Source: an uncultured Pseudomonadota bacterium
Lineage (GTDB): Bacteria > Chloroflexota > UBA5177 > JAJPKF01
DNA length: 64,000 nt
Assembly (NCBI GenBank): GCA_963799725.1
Contig: CAWCYJ010000022.1
Coordinates: forward strand, 25,508-89,507
Direction: 5' to 3'
Below, in pieces: positions 38,743 through 48,074 of the stretch. Numbering within the stretch: position 1 is the first letter of the stretch; every line of letters starts with the position of its first letter. The position numbers were made by a program, and so were the translations under genes. The notes under the pieces are model-generated. The model was given only the letters and a program-made list of their open reading frames with translations, was not told where the DNA came from and ran no database searches.

Positions 38743-38826
38743 GGCGTCAATGGGGGATAAGCGCTGGAGTAGAGAGCCGTCCAGGCTCTCCTTAGCCGGA
38801 TCGGACGATCTGGGGACCTGGGTTCC

Positions 38827-39339
38827 TTGAGGATGGCTAAGATGGCGCGGGAGATTGCCGAGACGCTGGCCCTGGCTCTGGTCATCTTCCTGATTGTCCG
38901 CGTTGGCATCCAGAACTTCAGCGTCAATGGAACGAGTATGCTGCCCACACTTCACACGGGTAATCTAGTTCTCGTCAACAAGATCGATTACCACCTGGAG
39001 AGTCCACAGCGGGGCGATGTCATCGTCTTTCGCTTCCCTTTGAACCCCAGTCAGGATTTCATCAAACGCGTGATAGGCGTGCCAGGGAATGTGATAAAGA
39101 TTACCCCTGGGCACGTTTATGTAAATGGTCGCGTCATTCGCGAACCGTACATCAAGTACAAGACAAATTACTCATTCGGACCGAAGAGAGTGCCGAAGAA
39201 TGAGTACTTTGTGCTGGGAGATAACCGCCCCGAGAGCTATGACTCTCACCTTTGGGGAATGCTCCCCCGGCGCGACATTATTGGGAAAGCTCTTATCTCG
39301 TACTGGCCGTTAAATGGCATTAAATTCTTTTCGTTCTGA
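38827..39339 (+). CDS. lepB: Signal peptidase I
   Basis: Catalytic serine motif GTSMLPTL, plus KRVIGVPG and [10 protein letters not shown]. Confidence 0.9.
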   Translation: MRMAKMAREIAETLALALVIFLIVRVGIQNFSVNGTSMLPTLHTGNLVLVNKIDYHLESPQRGDVIVFRFPLNPSQDFIKRVIGVPGNVIKITPGHVYVNGRVIREPYIKYKTNYSFGPKRVPKNEYFVLGDNRPESYDSHLWGMLPRRDIIGKALISYWPLNGIKFFSF

Positions 39340-39440
39340 TTCCACTCGCCTCGAACGAATTGCAGATCAGCCTGTCATTCAGGCAGCCGAGAGCAACGCG
39401 CCCGTATCTCTGCCGACTAGGACAGGAGAAGGAGTCTGAT

Positions 39441-40721
39441 ATGAGCCGTGCACTGCAGATTGCCGACGCTGAGGCTGCGGCGATTATCGCCGATGAGGAG
39501 AAGCGGCAGAGCGAGAAGATCGTTTTGATTGCTTCCGAGAACCACACCAGCTCCGCCGTGATGGAGGCGTCCGGATCGGTGCTGACCGATAAGTACGCCG
39601 AGGGCTACCCCGGTCGTCGCTTTTATGGCGGGGTTGAGGTAGTAGATCGGGCTGAAAACCTGGCTTGCGAGAGGGCCCTGCAGCTGTTCGGTGCCGAGCA
39701 TGTCAACGTGCAGCCCCACGCGGGGGCGATGGCAAACATGGCGGCTTATGCTGCAGTCCTTGAGCCAGGCGATCGCGTTCTCGCTATGGATCTCAGTCAT
39801 GGGGGCCACCTAACTCACGGAGCAGGGTTCAACTTTTCGGGCAAGATGTACCACTTTGCCTGGTATGGCGTGGATGCTGATTCAGAGCGGCTCGACTACG
39901 ACGCAATTGAACGCCAGGCAGAGGAATTTCAGCCGAAGTTGCTGGTGGCGGGAGCAAGCGCCTATCCTCGCATCATCGACTTCCCTCGGCTACGGGAGAT
40001 TGCAGACGGTGTTGGAGCAATGCTTCTGATCGATATGGCTCACATTGCCGGTTTGGTCGCCGCCGGAGTTCATCCTTCCCCTGTGCCCTTCGCTGACCTC
40101 GTAACCACCACAACTCATAAGACCCTGCGCGGTCCACGCGGAGGCATGATCTTGTGCAAGGAACGTTATGCGAAGAAAGTCGACCAGCGGGTATTTCCTT
40201 ACATGCAGGGCGGCCCGTTTATGCATCAAATCCTCGCCAAAGCTATTTGTTTCCAAGAAGCGCTCGATCCCTCCTTCAAGGACTACTCTTCACGGGTGGT
40301 CGAGAACGCCCAAGCACTCGCATCGTCCCTGGCGGGTCGAGGCTGGCGAATCGTGAGCGGAGGCACAGATAACCACCTGTTGCTGCTGGATCTCCGCGGT
40401 TCGGAGGTCGACGGGAAGCAGGCCCAAGTAGCTCTAGATGACGTGATGCTAAGCACGAACAAGAACATGCTGCCGTTCGATCCGCTGCCGCCAACCAGAA
40501 CCAGTGGGATCCGTTTGGGGACGCCCGCAGCCACCACTCGCGGTATGGGGTCAACTCAAATGGATCAGGTCGCCGACTGGATTGATCGGCGTCTGCGTGG
40601 CCTGGAAGATGAAGCATCTGCTCAAACGATACGAGCTGAAGTCGCTGATTTGACTCCCAGGTTTCCAGTTCCAAGCTTGACGCCTACCGGTTCACCTGTC
40701 CTGTCGTCGGATCGAGGGTAA
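39441..40721 (+). CDS. glyA: Serine hydroxymethyltransferase
   Basis: Motifs [16 protein letters not shown] and [14 protein letters not shown] (PLP lysine). ATG 39441 follows GGAGAAGGAG. Confidence 0.95.
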   Translation: MSRALQIADAEAAAIIADEEKRQSEKIVLIASENHTSSAVMEASGSVLTDKYAEGYPGRRFYGGVEVVDRAENLACERALQLFGAEHVNVQPHAGAMANMAAYAAVLEPGDRVLAMDLSHGGHLTHGAGFNFSGKMYHFAWYGVDADSERLDYDAIERQAEEFQPKLLVAGASAYPRIIDFPRLREIADGVGAMLLIDMAHIAGLVAAGVHPSPVPFADLVTTTTHKTLRGPRGGMILCKERYAKKVDQRVFPYMQGGPFMHQILAKAICFQEALDPSFKDYSSRVVENAQALASSLAGRGWRIVSGGTDNHLLLLDLRGSEVDGKQAQVALDDVMLSTNKNMLPFDPLPPTRTSGIRLGTPAATTRGMGSTQMDQVADWIDRRLRGLEDEASAQTIRAEVADLTPRFPVPSLTPTGSPVLSSDRG

Positions 40722-41165
40722 ACCCAGCCCAACCTCAAGCACAGTAGTCTCGAGCTCGGCTCGTAGCTCTCGGACGATCGGGTGCGGTTTCTCCTTGCGG
40801 CCGTTGGAGAGTGGGACAAAGCTGTCCTCGAGTGCTGAATGAATCTACGAAAACGATTCGGATCTTGGGCGCCCTTGTCTTCGTAACCAAAGTAGCCAGG
40901 GTGGGGCAAGAAGGAGGCCCTCAGTGGAGAAGCTGTGGGAAACTGCAGCCCTCCAAACCGGGGACCAGAAGTGGTAGTCGGTTGCTATCGCGTAAGTAGG
41001 TAGTACCCCAGTAAGGCGGCGGAGGGATCTCCGAGGGACCCAAAGGGGGCAATTCGGTACTTTTTTCCTACCCTCTTTAGTACTAATGCCTCATGCCCTC
41101 AGCCTAGGGGCTAGGTAAGCTCAAATTAGTGGATAAACCAAGGAAAGAGGGGGAGACTGAAGACC

Positions 41166-41519
41166 ATGGAGCAGACGACCGCCACAGCCCAGGGGGGACA
41201 GTTGATCTATCTTTCCCGGAATTCGAAGCTAGCCCGCTTATTCCAGGAGTCGCCGGCCAGTGTTCCCGCTCCGCCTCGGAGGCCTCGCGTCGATGCTGGT
41301 AGAGCATCAAGCCTTGCTCGCTCGGCCGCAACCGCCTGTCCAAAGCTGCAGGCCATTACAAAGCCAGGCCTTGAGCTTACTCGACCATTAGTTGCCGCCC
41401 TGATGCGAGAGCAGGAGGGGATGCGCTGCCGAACACGCGGGGTTCTATTAGACAACGAGTACGTTCGAGATGTTTGCGCGGCAGGGTGTCATCAGCATTG
41501 CCCATTCCTGCAGGAGTAG
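41166..41519 (+). CDS. Hypothetical protein (117 aa), Cys/His-rich C-terminus
   Basis: ORF with GGGGGAG upstream. I recognise no family, and overlapping minus-strand ORFs of similar length make the call weak. Confidence 0.3.
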   Translation: MEQTTATAQGGQLIYLSRNSKLARLFQESPASVPAPPRRPRVDAGRASSLARSAATACPKLQAITKPGLELTRPLVAALMREQEGMRCRTRGVLLDNEYVRDVCAAGCHQHCPFLQE

Positions 41520-41606
41520 ATGCTCCACCCAGCCCTGACTCGCAGCTAGATCGCTACTTGCCGACTTCCCAACTCGAACACGGCGCTCCTACTGTTGACG
41601 GGTAGT

Positions 41607-41888
41607 TTACGCTCCGTCATCCACTACCTCAAGCTTGAGGTACTTCGAATGGTGCGTGGTCTCGACCCAATCTTCAAAGGTCTTGCCGGGAGCCTGCTGA
41701 ATTAACGACTCGCCCTTTCCTTCACCTCGAAGGTTTCCGGCTTCCTCGACGATCGCACCAAGCTCGTTGCCCTGGCTATCGCTGATCTTGGCCCTCCGCA
41801 TGGTCTCCCTCAGTCGGTTTTTCTGGCCCATTCTCGCAGAGTCGTGGTCAAACAGGCACAACGCTCTTCCACTTGCTAGGCCACGCAT
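41607..41888 (-). CDS. Hypothetical small protein
   Basis: ORF only. Internal ATG starts would give 64-74 aa. No family recognised. Confidence 0.3.
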   Translation of the reverse strand: MRGLASGRALCLFDHDSARMGQKNRLRETMRRAKISDSQGNELGAIVEEAGNLRGEGKGESLIQQAPGKTFEDWVETTHHSKYLKLEVVDDGA

Positions 41889-41940
41889 ACGCCGTAGGCG
41901 CCGGTACGACGATTGTTACACTTTCAGAGTGAGCCAGTAC

Positions 41941-42014
41941 TGCGGGATCGTCTAACGGTAGGACGGCTGACTCTGAATCAGTTAGTCTAGGTTCGAATCC
42001 TAGTCCCGCAGCCA
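41941..42014 (+). tRNA. tRNA-Gln (anticodon CTG), CCA encoded
   Basis: Acceptor TGCGGGA/TCCCGCA, anticodon loop CTCTGAA, T arm CTAGG-TTCGAAT-CCTAG. Confidence 0.9.
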
Positions 42015-42026
42015 GTTTCTGATTGA

Positions 42027-42103
42027 GGCGCATTCGTCTAGCGGCCTAGGACACCGCCCTCTCAAGGCGGAGATCACGGGTTCGAATCCCGTATGCGCTA
42101 CCA
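42027..42103 (+). tRNA. tRNA-Glu (anticodon CTC), CCA encoded
   Basis: Acceptor GGCGCAT/ATGCGCT, anticodon stem CCGCC/GGCGG with loop CTCTCAA, T arm CGGG-TTCGAAT-CCCG. Confidence 0.9.
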
Positions 42104-42281
42104 CCCTTAGGCTGATAAGTTACAGCTTGATCGGCTGCTGACAAAATTGGGCGACTGCCGGTTTATCCAAGTGGATTGACGAAAGGCTCGATCAGTCCAC
42201 CCACCGGTCGCCGCGCCTCCGTGATACGTTGGGTTGATCGTCTTGCATGGTCATTGGCCAGCTAGCTGTTGGCACGGTTTT

Positions 42282-42311
42282 CGCCCGCGGAAGCGCGGGC
42301 GTTTGTGTGTG
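42282..42311 (+). terminator. GC-rich hairpin plus U-rich tract: terminator of the tRNA unit or a leader element of etfB
   Basis: CGCCCGCG-GAAG-CGCGGGCG forms a perfect 8-bp stem and is followed by TTTGTGTGTG. The etfB RBS GAGGAGGA begins immediately afterwards. Confidence 0.45.
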
Positions 42312-42325
42312 AGGAGGACGTAGTC

Positions 42326-43111
42326 GTGAATATCGTTGTTTGTGTGAAACAAGTGCCAGACACGACGGCGAAGAAGGAGCTGGACGAAGGGTTCCGGCTT
42401 AATCGGGCGAATGTCGAAAGCGTGCTCAATCCGTTCGACGAGTACGCAATTGAGGAGGCCATTCGACAGAAGGAATCTCATGGCGGTGAGGTCACAATGC
42501 TGACTATGGGCCTCCCTTCCGCCGAGGAAACGATGAGGAAGGGGTTGGCAATGGGGGTCGACCGGGGTATCCTTGTCACGGATGAGGCTTTGACCGGCTC
42601 GGACACCTGGGTCACCGCCCTAGTACTGTCGAAAGCACTTGAGACAACCCCGTTCGACCTCGTTCTGTTTGGGCAGGAAAGTGCTGATGCCCGGACCGGT
42701 CTGCTGGCCGGATCAATGGCGGAGATCCTCAATATCCCGCTTGTCAGCTATGTGCAGAAGCTGGAGCTGTCAGATGATGACACTCTAACAGCACACCGAG
42801 AAATCTCTGGTGGCTATCAGGTTGTGACCGGCCCGCTCCCGGCGATGGTTTCGGTGGTCAAGGCCATTAACGAGCCGCGGTACCCTTCTCTGAAAGGTAT
42901 TATGTCGGCTAAACGTAAGGAGATTAGCCGCAAGAGCATAGGCGATCTTGGCTTAGACCAAGGGGCAGTAGGCCAAGCCGGGTCCAAGTGTAAGGTTGTC
43001 GGTTGTACGCCCAGACCTGGGAAGGCGGCAGGACAAATCGTCACCGAGTCGAGCACTGTTGCTGCCGGATTGATTGCGGACTTCTTGGCTCAGAACAAGG
43101 TGATCATATGA
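42326..43111 (+). CDS. etfB: Electron transfer flavoprotein beta subunit
   Basis: N-terminus VNIVVCVKQVPDT. GTG 42326 lies 8 nt after GAGGAGGA. The track ORF starts earlier, at 42269. Confidence 0.9.
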   Translation: MNIVVCVKQVPDTTAKKELDEGFRLNRANVESVLNPFDEYAIEEAIRQKESHGGEVTMLTMGLPSAEETMRKGLAMGVDRGILVTDEALTGSDTWVTALVLSKALETTPFDLVLFGQESADARTGLLAGSMAEILNIPLVSYVQKLELSDDDTLTAHREISGGYQVVTGPLPAMVSVVKAINEPRYPSLKGIMSAKRKEISRKSIGDLGLDQGAVGQAGSKCKVVGCTPRPGKAAGQIVTESSTVAAGLIADFLAQNKVII

Positions 43112-44095
43112 GCGGGGACATCCTGATCGTTGCAGAGCTTGAGGACGGTTCACCGCGGCGAACAGCTCTCGAGATTGCGTCAAAAGCGGCTGATCTGGCA
43201 GTTGAGTTGAATGCCGAGGTTCATGCGGTGGCTCTCGGCCGGGGCGCTTCTGCTTCGTCTGATCGATTGGGGGAGTACGGGGTCGACGTGGTCCATGCGG
43301 ATGACGGCGATAGTCTTTGGAAACTACCTAACGGACCCTGTGGTGGGTGCGGTTGCCGCGGTAATTGACGCCATCCATCCACAGGCCGTAATCGTGGTCA
43401 ATAGTCCAAGCGGACGGGATGTTGGAGCAAGACTGGCTGCTCGCTTCAAGACTGGCGCAGTTGCGAATGTTATCGGTCTGGAAGTGTCGGACGGTGTGAT
43501 TCGCGCGGAGGAGACTATCCTCGGAGGGAGTTACACCACGCAAGTGGAAATCCAGGGTGACGGCCCAGGAATCTTCATGGTGCGGCCAAATGCATTCCAG
43601 GCCGAGGTAAAGGGAAAGACAGCGCGTCTCGAGCCGCTCTCGTACGAGCCTTCCGAGTCTGTGCAGAGGGTCAAACTCGGAGATGTCGTTCGGGAGGAGG
43701 GTGCGCCTGTCGCCCTTGATGAGGCGACAATCATCGTATCGGGCGGCCGCGGACTCGGAGGTCCCGAGCCTTTCCAAATGCTGGAGGACCTTGCCACCGA
43801 GGTTGGCGGAGTCGTAGGTGCTTCCAGGGCCGCCGTCGACGCTGGATGGATCAGCTACCCGCATCAAGTAGGACAGACCGGCAAGACGGTAAAGCCCCAG
43901 GTCTACATTGCCGTGGGGATTTCCGGTGCTGTTCAGCACCGGGTTGGCATGCAGACTGCTGACACGATTGTCGCCATCAACAAAGATGCTGATGCACCGA
44001 TCTTCCAGATGGCGGATTTCGGGGTGGTTGGCGACCTCTTTGAGATCGTGCCGGCCTTGACGGAGGAGATTCGAAGGCGAAAGAAAGACCAATGA
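43108..44095 (+). pseudogene. etfA: Electron transfer flavoprotein alpha subunit, reading frame broken near codon 67
   Basis: The N-terminal 66-68 codons (MSGDILIVAELEDG...GVDVVHADDG) are in frame 1. The rest (IVFGNYLTDPVVGAV... to the FAD-binding region ISGAVQHRVGM) is in frame 2. The span is 988 nt (3n+1). The start is ATGA-coupled to etfB. Confidence 0.8.
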
Positions 44096-44205
44096 GATGC
44101 TCGCCCGGATGGTGGGCGCCGAGATGAATAGTGATTCTGGCTCCAACAGCAGCGACCACTCCATTCCTCATCTAGCCGGAGCGTCGCAATGAATCGATCC
44201 GCATA

Positions 44206-45354
44206 GTGGACTTCGATCTTTCGGAAGAGCAAGCACTCATTCGTCAGACGGCGCGCGAGTTTTCCCAGGCAGAGATCGCACCAGCGGCTGCTCACTTCGA
44301 TCAGAATGCGGAGTTTCCCTATAAAATCGTGAGCCAATTGGCTGAGATGGGCTTTATGGGGCTGCCGGTTCCTGAAGAATACGGTGGGGCGGGAGCCGAT
44401 ACAGTCTCGTATGCACTAGCGGTGGAGGAAATCTCCCGTGCCGATGCTTCAGTCGGTATAACGATGGCGGCTCATGTTTCACTAGGAACGATGCCTTTCG
44501 TCTACTTCGGTACGGAGAAACAAAAAGAACAGTATCTGCCTCAGCTTGCGTCTGGTCAGCTCCTATGGTCGTTTGGTTTAACAGAACCAAATGCCGGCTC
44601 CGACGCCGCAGCAACCCAAACTCGTGCCACCTTGGATGGCGATGAGTGGACGATAAACGGCACCAAGGCGTTTATCACAAACTCCGGCACTCAAATCAGT
44701 GGTGGGGTGACGATTACGGCCGTTACCGGAGACGGAGGAAGCGGCTCACGAGAGATCTCCAATCTCATCGTCCCGGCTCAAACATCCGGATACAGCGTGG
44801 GGAACAGCTATCACAAGATGGGCTGGAGAGCTTCCGACACGCATGAGCTAGCGTTTCACGATGCTCGTGTACCAGGGGAGAATCTTCTGGGAGAGCGCGG
44901 ACGGGGAATGAAGCAGTTCTTGACCATTCTCGATGGAGGACGTATTAGCGTAGCCGCGCTTTCGGTTGGTCTAGCGCAAGCATGCCTCGATGCATCACTC
45001 AAATATGCGAAGGAACGGATTCAATTCGGACGCTCAATAGGGAGCTTCGAGGCTGTTCAGTTCAAGCTAGCGGAGATGGCAACGAAGATTGAACATGCAC
45101 GTCTCATGACCTACAAGGCGGCATGGATGAAGGACAAAGGCCAGGAGTTTGCCATGACCGCGGGAATGGCGAAGCTCTATGCGTCAAGAATTGCCACCGA
45201 ATGTGCGGATGAGGCAGTGCAAATCCATGGCGGCTACGGGATCATGGAAGAGTATCCGGTAGCGAGATACTGGCGCGATGTCAAGATTGGAGAGATCGGC
45301 GAGGGGACATCTGAGATCCAGAAGCTCGTAATTGCGCGAATGATGGGCCTCTAA
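44206..45354 (+). CDS. Acyl-CoA dehydrogenase
   Basis: GTG start giving (M)DFDLSEEQ. ACAD motifs GLTEPNAGSD and a C-terminal IGEGTSEIQ. Confidence 0.9.
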   Translation: MDFDLSEEQALIRQTAREFSQAEIAPAAAHFDQNAEFPYKIVSQLAEMGFMGLPVPEEYGGAGADTVSYALAVEEISRADASVGITMAAHVSLGTMPFVYFGTEKQKEQYLPQLASGQLLWSFGLTEPNAGSDAAATQTRATLDGDEWTINGTKAFITNSGTQISGGVTITAVTGDGGSGSREISNLIVPAQTSGYSVGNSYHKMGWRASDTHELAFHDARVPGENLLGERGRGMKQFLTILDGGRISVAALSVGLAQACLDASLKYAKERIQFGRSIGSFEAVQFKLAEMATKIEHARLMTYKAAWMKDKGQEFAMTAGMAKLYASRIATECADEAVQIHGGYGIMEEYPVARYWRDVKIGEIGEGTSEIQKLVIARMMGL

Positions 45355-45431
45355 GCCCACCAGCTTCACCCGGCCCTCAGCTCCTACGTCTTAGAGATCC
45401 GACCACTGGAATTGCCGGCACCGTCGGTTCC

Positions 45432-46605
45432 TCACTCGCCAGGTGCTGGGAGGGTCGCCCCGCTTCCGAGATCGGGCACGCTCTCCTCCTCCCTCTCCCC
45501 TATACCGTCGCCCTCAGCTTGCTGGTTTGACTGCAAGGTCCAGATTTCGTACACGTATTTGCCGGCGGCTACAGCGACGATCGACACCAAACCGAATCCG
45601 AGAACCAAATCAACGCGTGTCAGTCCACTAATGTCGGATGGAACGAGCACCACTCGCAGCGGCAGCACGGACAACACCGAAACAACCAGGGCCTCTGTAA
45701 AGTGCTCGAAACTCTTGCCCGGGCCTCGGCCCACGCCCTGGCGACACAAATAGCAAGTGCATAAACAGGATCGCGAACAGAAGTGGGACGCAGGAGACCG
45801 CATAGACAAAGAACTCGTTGTACCAGTCACGAGTGGCCGAGAAGTAAAAAGTGTCTGCCGAGTTCGAAATGATCTTTTGGTAGTTGTTGGCTTTGGTTAC
45901 AGAAACGGAGTAAGTATTGCTGACTGGGCCAGCGTCGATAGCTCGCACAAGGGAAGTCGTACCCGAGGTGAACTGCTTTTTGGAGGGGAAGGTCAAGGAA
46001 AGAGATACGTCCCCCGTGTAATCGTCCTGCGGATACTGGCCGGCGAATCCCTTGAGAGGGATGGTCAATGGATAGTCATGAATTCCGAGAATGGAGCCAG
46101 TAAACAGATCCTTGAGCTTTATGCTCTCTTCCGCTTCAAAGTTGGCGCTTCCCTTGGACACAAGAATTTGCGCCACAATCGACTCGTTTGCGGTCGATGG
46201 AAGAGGGGTGCAGTTGCTCGGGCAGTTGGCAAAGAGCGCTTTGCCGCTGGAGTCGGTCATCTGAGGCGGGATTCCGGGAGGAATGATTACCTCCAAGGTT
46301 CCTGCGAGTTTTTCGTCAGAGGGTGATAGCGAATCACCAATGAAGGAAATGTAAGGACGTTCTAGTAGTGCCGCCTGTGCCTTGCTGACCTTGCCCTTGT
46401 TATTGACAATGCCCTGCAAGAGATCTCCGACGTTGAGAGCGGTGGTCCCCTTCGGAAGAGCTGCCGTGCCGGCGGAGGAGACTGTCCGGGTCAGGCTACC
46501 GACGATCAGACAAGCCGTACTCGCCAGTAAGACTGCAATTCCTAATGCGAGCAGAAGCGCAAAGAGACGGTGATGCAAGTGCTTTCCCGATTGGGTGTTC
46601 GCCAT
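45432..46605 (-). pseudogene. Hypothetical membrane-anchored protein (N-terminal TM, large extracytoplasmic domain, C-terminal TM helices) with an apparent frame break
   Basis: ORF 45628..46605 ends in an R/G/P-rich tail that looks out of frame. The +1 ORF 45432..45830 continues with TM-like sequence (EALVVSVLSVLPL...LVLGFGLVSIVAVAAG). The span is 1174 nt (3n+1). Confidence 0.5.
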
Positions 46606-46656
46606 TCTAGTGAACTGATCCTTTCGTCGCTAGCTTTCTACGAGTCGGCTGCGGAA

Positions 46657-47547
46657 TTATAGCGACTCACCTCCCTCCAGTTCGCACTTGTCTTTCAGGA
46701 CTACGTTGTCAATGAGTCGCGTGCCGCCAAAACGCACAGCGAGCGAAAGGAGGAACTCGCCCCTCATCTCCCCTCTGATTGCTTCAAAGCCGTCCATGGA
46801 AGCCACAGAAACATAGTCTATCTTGCCAAGGGGGGCCGATTGCAGAATGTATTGAATTACTGTGTCTTCGATTGTTTGGGCACTCCGCTCGCCGTTCCAA
46901 TAGGCATCGCGTCCAAGCGTCAATGCCCGGTTGAGAGCGCCTGCTTGGCTTCTTTCGGTCTCAGAGAGATAGGCGTTCCGGGATGAGAGAGCAAGACCGT
47001 CAGGATCCCGAACTGTCTCGACGATCCTCACCTCGATCGGGAAGGCCAGGTCGCGCACCATTCGGCGGATGATCCCCGCTTGCTGGGCATCCTTCTGACC
47101 GAAATAAGCGCGATCCGGCTGGGTGAAATGAAAAAGCTTTGCGACTACGACCGCAACGCCGCGAAAGTGTCCGGGCCGATGATGGCCTTCAAGCTTCTGC
47201 CCTGCTTCGCCTGGATCGATCCACACACTCTGTTCGCTCAGGCCTCCAGGGTACATGGCTTCGTCAGTCGGAACAAATAAGACATCCACTGACGCCTCCT
47301 CGGCAATCCGCTTGTCCCGCTCCAGATCGCGTGGATAGCGCTGAAAATCTTCACCAGGGCCGAACTGGCTCGGATTGACGAAGATGCTTGCAACCACGAG
47401 TGCACACTCCCGTTTTGCGGCTTCAAACAGCGCAACGTGGCCTTGATGCAGGTATCCCATTGTGGGAACGAACCCGATGCTCTGGGCGGAACAGCGAGCT
47501 TCTAAGAGAAGGCGCCTCAACGAGTCAGGATCTGTTTCTACTTTCAT
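46657..47547 (-). CDS. panC: Pantoate--beta-alanine ligase
   Basis: Motifs VPTMGYLHQGH and FGQKDAQQ. Confidence 0.9.
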   Translation of the reverse strand: MKVETDPDSLRRLLLEARCSAQSIGFVPTMGYLHQGHVALFEAAKRECALVVASIFVNPSQFGPGEDFQRYPRDLERDKRIAEEASVDVLFVPTDEAMYPGGLSEQSVWIDPGEAGQKLEGHHRPGHFRGVAVVVAKLFHFTQPDRAYFGQKDAQQAGIIRRMVRDLAFPIEVRIVETVRDPDGLALSSRNAYLSETERSQAGALNRALTLGRDAYWNGERSAQTIEDTVIQYILQSAPLGKIDYVSVASMDGFEAIRGEMRGEFLLSLAVRFGGTRLIDNVVLKDKCELEGGESL

Positions 47548-47813
47548 CGAAGTTTCTGTCTGAATTGACTATTGTCGAGACGTCCCGAATAGCAACACAT
47601 CCTCATAACAGAATCCGGATCAAATAGAGCTTCCAATCGACATGAACGCGGAAGCCTTCGAAGCTGGATTCAGATACGATGGGATCTGGATTTCTCGGTT
47701 GTCGCTCTCCATCTTTTCGATTAAGCCCTCCTTCACATAATCGTCATTTCGCATTCATGCTGGGGCTCCATGATAGTGGCATCGAGACGCCCAATCGTTT
47801 CGGGAGGTTAAAG

Positions 47814-48074
47814 ATGCAGGATATGGACAGAAGAACCGAGCCAAACGCCATTACCATCTCGCAGCAGGCTTCCCAAAGGAAAGTCTGGATGGCGAGCAAG
47901 CTCCAATCTGAGGCCTGGGAAGCTTACAACCGGGCGTACCACACGGATGATCCGGAGACGTACCGCAAAGTCGGACGCGAGCTCTATCACCAGAATCTGT
48001 TGGCCCAGATCCGTCTTCTGCTTGATCGGTCTGACCAACAGAACAGCATTATTCGAGAGCACTTTGAATCCTAG
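47814..48074 (+). CDS. Hypothetical small protein (86 aa); paralogue of 29849..30115
   Basis: GGGAGG lies 6 nt upstream of ATG 47814. It shares the conserved core with the copy beside ligD. Confidence 0.5.
   Translation: MQDMDRRTEPNAITISQQASQRKVWMASKLQSEAWEAYNRAYHTDDPETYRKVGRELYHQNLLAQIRLLLDRSDQQNSIIREHFES

Noticed and set aside
39340-39440. A riboswitch (ZTP/THF or glycine type) ahead of glyA or ahead of tdh-kbl (12793-12974).
   Set aside because: Neither leader contains the conserved cores I know (for example CCGCCTGGGC for ZTP, or GGAGAG...ACCGAAGGGGCAA for glycine). The glyA leader is only about 100 nt.
40622-40909. A 95-aa minus-strand ORF downstream of and overlapping the glyA 3' end.
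   Set aside because: One third of it lies antisense within glyA. It has a R/S/P-rich composition, no RBS and no recognisable motif.
41941-42325. tRNA-Gln/tRNA-Glu pair as an integration site for a mobile element, with the unannotated 40.7-41.9 kb region as cargo.
   Set aside because: There is no integrase, recombinase or transposase ORF. I found no direct repeat of the tRNA 3' ends. The unexplained DNA lies 5' of the tRNAs, not at their 3' ends where integrative elements normally insert.
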